DNA of 64,000 bases, taken from positions 32,001-96,000 of the forward strand of contig JAHQWG010000028.1 in assembly GCA_029856045.1 (NCBI GenBank), in the 5' to 3' direction. A program made the position numbers and the translations under genes. The stretch is from Promethearchaeia archaeon (lineage in GTDB: Archaea > Asgardarchaeota > Lokiarchaeia > Sigyniarchaeales > SOKP01). Below are positions 60,135 through 64,000 of the stretch, one piece after another (positions within the stretch are counted from its first letter, which is position 1; every line of letters begins with the position of its first letter). Below the pieces are notes generated by a model. That model worked only from the letters and a program-made list of their open reading frames with translations. It had not been told where the DNA came from and ran no database searches.

Positions 60135-61733
60135 TTATTTTTTGAAATATTCACGACATTGACATTGTTTATGTGGGATTACAGGAATTTTTATTATTTC
60201 ATAATTAAATAAATCTACAATGATAAAATGACCTTGAGATGAATTTATATAACCACATATATCATTGATAATGTTCTGCGAAATTATTGAGCCTGTAGCT
60301 ATTACAACATCTCCAATATTTCCTGTTTTTCTAAGAGAATTAAATATAGATTGTTTATTTGTCCTAAACCGCAAATATTTATCTCCAAAAATGCACCTTA
60401 AACAAGCAGTTTCCTCTGGGTAATAGTTGAATAAATCTCCAGTAGTTTGATTTACTACTCCCCAATAAAATGGTTTCTTATTTTTTATACATAGATCATT
60501 AATTAAATAGGGTGCTCCAAATAAATCAAGAGCATTTATAATATAATCACTCATCTTTATAATTTTATTAATTTCATCAATATCCCTTGGATATTCAGCC
60601 TCATTGATTTCTAATATATTTATTTCTTTAGGATAATTTATATTAATATTATGAATTTCTATATTAGCATTCGGGTTTATTTTTAATAATCTTTCTTTAG
60701 CTTTCTTAACTTTTATTTTTCCAATATCTTCTGGTGTATATAATGTTTGTCGATTTAAATTAGATAATTCAATCTTGTCATGATCTACTAAAATGAAATT
60801 ATGAACACCACTATAAATTAATCCTAGTAAAATGTTAGTTCCAATCCCACCAACACCAAAAACAACAACTCTTGCATCTCGAATTTTTTTCTGATTAATC
60901 AGAGGATGTGAAATTTGGCGATCCCATCTTTCAATATCATTATCGTTTAACATTGTATTATTTTGATTTCTAATAGTCTGCTCTATTAGTTTGTAATATT
61001 CATATTGTCTAAGAAAAATCTTTAATTTGACCTCCTTTAATTCACTTTGTTTAAAATATCTTTTTTCCACAATATTTTTTATTATCCTTTTTCTGATGTC
61101 TTCTTCACTTTTTGGAGAAACATATCCTGTTTTTATTTGTTGATCTTTTCTCAAGGATTTTTCTACCTTTCCTTTTTCAAAGAAGATCTCCTTTCCTAAT
61201 CCCTCTGGAATATTCTCTCTTAAATCTAGATCATAATATTCCAAATCTTCTAATTTATTACTGACCTTTACAAAATCTTTTAAAACACATCTAAATTTAA
61301 AATTCAGTTTATTGAGAAGATATTTCATATTTAAATTTCTTGATAATGTATTACAAGTAACCCATTCAAAACCTTTTTCTTCAATTTTTTTTATTGTTTC
61401 TGAAAAAAAATGAGTGCCGATTCCTTTTTTTCTATATTTACTCTTAATAATCACTCCCATATTAACAGATTTTGGAAATATCGGGTTAAAATCGTTTATT
61501 ACCGTATATTCACAAATACCAATAATATCTTTCTTATAATCTTTATTATTAAAGTAAATTACATTAACATAATATTTCGGATTTTTCAGTTGTTTGAAAT
61601 AGAGATTTTGGGGTATCTTAACTGCAAATGAATCGGAGTAATAATCTTCAAAAAGTTCCCATAATAAATCCCTTAATTCAAATTTTTCTTTATATTCTAA
61701 AGTTTTGAATTTTAATGAATCAATAATAACCAT
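60135..61733 (-). CDS. GNAT acetyltransferase fused to ThiF/MoeB adenylyltransferase
   Basis: KYRKKGIGT, N...LNKLNF (GNAT); WDRQ, GVGGIG, DHDKIELSNLNRQ, CLRC..CQC (ThiF). Confidence 0.88.
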   Translation of the reverse strand: MVIIDSLKFKTLEYKEKFELRDLLWELFEDYYSDSFAVKIPQNLYFKQLKNPKYYVNVIYFNNKDYKKDIIGICEYTVINDFNPIFPKSVNMGVIIKSKYRKKGIGTHFFSETIKKIEEKGFEWVTCNTLSRNLNMKYLLNKLNFKFRCVLKDFVKVSNKLEDLEYYDLDLRENIPEGLGKEIFFEKGKVEKSLRKDQQIKTGYVSPKSEEDIRKRIIKNIVEKRYFKQSELKEVKLKIFLRQYEYYKLIEQTIRNQNNTMLNDNDIERWDRQISHPLINQKKIRDARVVVFGVGGIGTNILLGLIYSGVHNFILVDHDKIELSNLNRQTLYTPEDIGKIKVKKAKERLLKINPNANIEIHNININYPKEINILEINEAEYPRDIDEINKIIKMSDYIINALDLFGAPYLINDLCIKNKKPFYWGVVNQTTGDLFNYYPEETACLRCIFGDKYLRFRTNKQSIFNSLRKTGNIGDVVIATGSIISQNIINDICGYINSSQGHFIIVDLFNYEIIKIPVIPHKQCQCREYFKK

Positions 61734-61964
61734 TGTAATATTCTCATTATAATGAATAAATGAAGTCTAAGATATTGTTATTAATTAGATGTATTAAAAC
61801 CATTTATTTTCGAAATTTTTTCTATATCTTAAGAATTTTTAATATTTTAAAGTTTTATTAAGAGTAAGAGTTTAGATTTAATTTTTTATTATTAAAAAAT
61901 TATTTAAATTCTGGTATTATATTCAAGATTAAGTTTAATAAAATAAATTTTTAAACTGATAATT

Positions 61965-62945
61965 ATGGGATTTATTTCTGGATTAAAAGAATTATTTAAG
62001 AAAGGTATTTTTGCTTTTATCTTATTATCGTTTATTCTATCTTGGTTTTTAATCTTATTCGGAATAACTTTCATTCCTTCCGCTAATTTTCAAATTTTTG
62101 CAGGATGGTTTATTGCCATTTTAATTGGATTTAATATAGTTTTATTTATCTTTTCGTTTTTTAAATCTGTTGATAAAATGGGAACAGCTCTAATAATAAT
62201 TGCATTTATAATTTCATTACCCTTATTAATTATTTTTGCTGCAATCGTTGGATTATTTTTTATATTTTGCTTCTTCGCCAATCTTATTTTAACATCATTT
62301 TTCTACTTTAAAGGTTCAATAGACTCCGCTACAAAAGTAGATGATTATTTATATAAAAAGAAAGGCTCCAGAAAAGTAACTCGAACACTAGAATTTTTAA
62401 TTTTTGGAATTCTTGATTTAGGGTTATTAATACTCACAGCTATTTTTTTTAGGAGTATAAACCCAGCAAGCTTTATCATATTCCAAATTATTTTCTATGT
62501 TAATTTAATATTAATAGGATTTGTAATATTGAGACTTTTATTTACAAAAAAATTCGCTGCATATATCACCTTATTTTTTCTATTATCATTATTTTATATT
62601 ATTTACATAATTATTGATATATTTGCTGAAATACTTTTTACCGGTCTTGGAACTTATAATTGGATTTCGTTCTTCATTGATTTGGTTCTATTTTTATATA
62701 TTATTGGGGCGATTTACGACAGAGTTGATTACTTAAAAGAAAAACTCATAATATTTAGAGCAGATACAATTGCTTTATTCGTCATAATAATTAAGCTCCT
62801 CGTAAAAATTAATGAATTATTGAATTTAGGAGCTCCACCAAATGTCACTGAAGAATTGATGGTACTATTTGTATTTATTGCCTTTAATTTGCTAATTGGA
62901 ATTTATTCGATTTTTGCTCATAAAGAGGGAAAAACTGGAAAATAA
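61965..62945 (+). CDS. Multi-pass membrane protein, paralog 1
   Basis: About 9 TM segments; DDYLYKKK..TRTLEFL, KFAAYITLF and RVDYLKEK shared with the next gene. Confidence 0.8.
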   Translation: MGFISGLKELFKKGIFAFILLSFILSWFLILFGITFIPSANFQIFAGWFIAILIGFNIVLFIFSFFKSVDKMGTALIIIAFIISLPLLIIFAAIVGLFFIFCFFANLILTSFFYFKGSIDSATKVDDYLYKKKGSRKVTRTLEFLIFGILDLGLLILTAIFFRSINPASFIIFQIIFYVNLILIGFVILRLLFTKKFAAYITLFFLLSLFYIIYIIIDIFAEILFTGLGTYNWISFFIDLVLFLYIIGAIYDRVDYLKEKLIIFRADTIALFVIIIKLLVKINELLNLGAPPNVTEELMVLFVFIAFNLLIGIYSIFAHKEGKTGK

Positions 62946-62961
62946 TCATCTGGTGAAATCT

Positions 62962-63963
62962 ATGCGTTTCATTTCAGGTATAAAAGAATTATTTAGAAAT
63001 CCATTATATGCGATAATCATAACAACCTTTCTCTTAGCTTGGTTTTTAAGTTTGATCGGATATACCATATTTCCTGAAGTGAATGATTTTAAAAATTTTG
63101 TGTATTTTTTTATCCAGATTTTCATTGGATTTATTTTAGTTTTACTTGTGTTTTCTCTTAAAAAACCAATTAATGAAATGAGTGTAAAATTAATAATAAT
63201 TGCATTTTTAATTGGATTACCTGTTTTATTATTTTTTAGTATATTTGTGTGGCTTTTTTATGGTATTTGTTTTTTTGCTAATACATTTTTTACTTCTTTC
63301 TTTGCCTTTTTAGTGTGTCGTGATACTTCTACTCAACTGGATGATTACTTATATAAAAAAAAGAAATCTAAAATAATCACCCGAACGTTAGAATTTCTAT
63401 TATTCGGTCTTCTTGATTTATGGATTATTAATATTGCCACTGATTTTTTAAGTAATGAGATTGGGGGAATTAAAACCATTTTAAATATTATTTCTATTTT
63501 TTATATAGTGTTAGTTGGATTAGTGATTTTGCGTTTATTATTTAAAAGGAAATTCGCAGCATATATTACTCTATTTTTAATACTTGCCTATTTCTATCTT
63601 TTTTATAATATTCTCAGTTTCATAATTGAAGAAATTTTAATAAATGCTTTATATTTTGTTTGGTTTTCTTTTATTATTGATTTATTACTATTTTTTTATA
63701 TCCTTGGTTCAATTTTCAGCAGAGTTGACTATCTAAAAGAGAAAATAAAAGTATTTTCAGCTGACACGATTTCTTTATTTGTTATAATCATGAAGTTAAT
63801 AGTTCAAATTTCCTACATTTATCCAGACTTACCAGGAGTTAATATTGCCGAGAACGTAGACCTAGAGGGAGCGGTATTATTAATCTTCCTAGCTTGTACG
63901 CTCTTTCTTGGGACACATACAATTTTTACCCATAAGCATGAAGAAGCGATAATACAAGATTAA
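62962..63963 (+). CDS. Multi-pass membrane protein, paralog 2
   Basis: MRFISGIKELF aligns with MGFISGLKELF of paralog 1, which places the start at ATG 62962. Confidence 0.8.
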   Translation: MRFISGIKELFRNPLYAIIITTFLLAWFLSLIGYTIFPEVNDFKNFVYFFIQIFIGFILVLLVFSLKKPINEMSVKLIIIAFLIGLPVLLFFSIFVWLFYGICFFANTFFTSFFAFLVCRDTSTQLDDYLYKKKKSKIITRTLEFLLFGLLDLWIINIATDFLSNEIGGIKTILNIISIFYIVLVGLVILRLLFKRKFAAYITLFLILAYFYLFYNILSFIIEEILINALYFVWFSFIIDLLLFFYILGSIFSRVDYLKEKIKVFSADTISLFVIIMKLIVQISYIYPDLPGVNIAENVDLEGAVLLIFLACTLFLGTHTIFTHKHEEAIIQD

Positions 63964-64000
63964 TCAAATTTTATTAATTCACTATTTATTTACATATTTA

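Noticed and set aside
2091-62281. Many short ORFs nested in or antisense to long genes (e.g. 3510-3920, 6609-6938, 8199-8570, 18383-18793, 19513-19932, 34223-34516)
   Set aside because: They overlap well-supported genes and have no motifs

Overview
AT-rich archaeal DNA, most likely from an Asgard (Lokiarchaeia-like) genome. Support: eukaryote-like ubiquitin-family and ESCRT-II genes, a diphthamide-less EF-2 paralog, aCPSF1, tetraether synthase and archaeal-type tRNAs without encoded CCA. Main result: a co-oriented 7-gene cluster (2695-9911) that looks like an archaeal UFM1-type conjugation system. It encodes a UBA5-like E1, a JAMM protease and a single ORF fusing a UFM1-like modifier (ending ...RNIVG) to a UFC1-like E2. 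These are flanked by a Zn-ribbon membrane protein, a CDC48-N/UFD1-fold protein, a Vps22/36 (EAP30) protein and an SPFH protein. A distant 788-aa tandem winged-helix protein (45901-48267) resembles UFL1/DDRGK1 and shares a domain with a cluster gene, so it is a candidate E3. Second highlight: a his operon sits between two copies of a ~510-bp duplication and is preceded by an unannotated His-rich 34-aa leader ORF with alternative stems, a possible attenuator. Also present: a frameshifted purN, three gene remnants beside intact paralogs, shuffled receptor-like membrane proteins, a GNAT-ThiF fusion and two tRNAs. All family calls come from motif recognition and remembered reference sequences. No database search was run.
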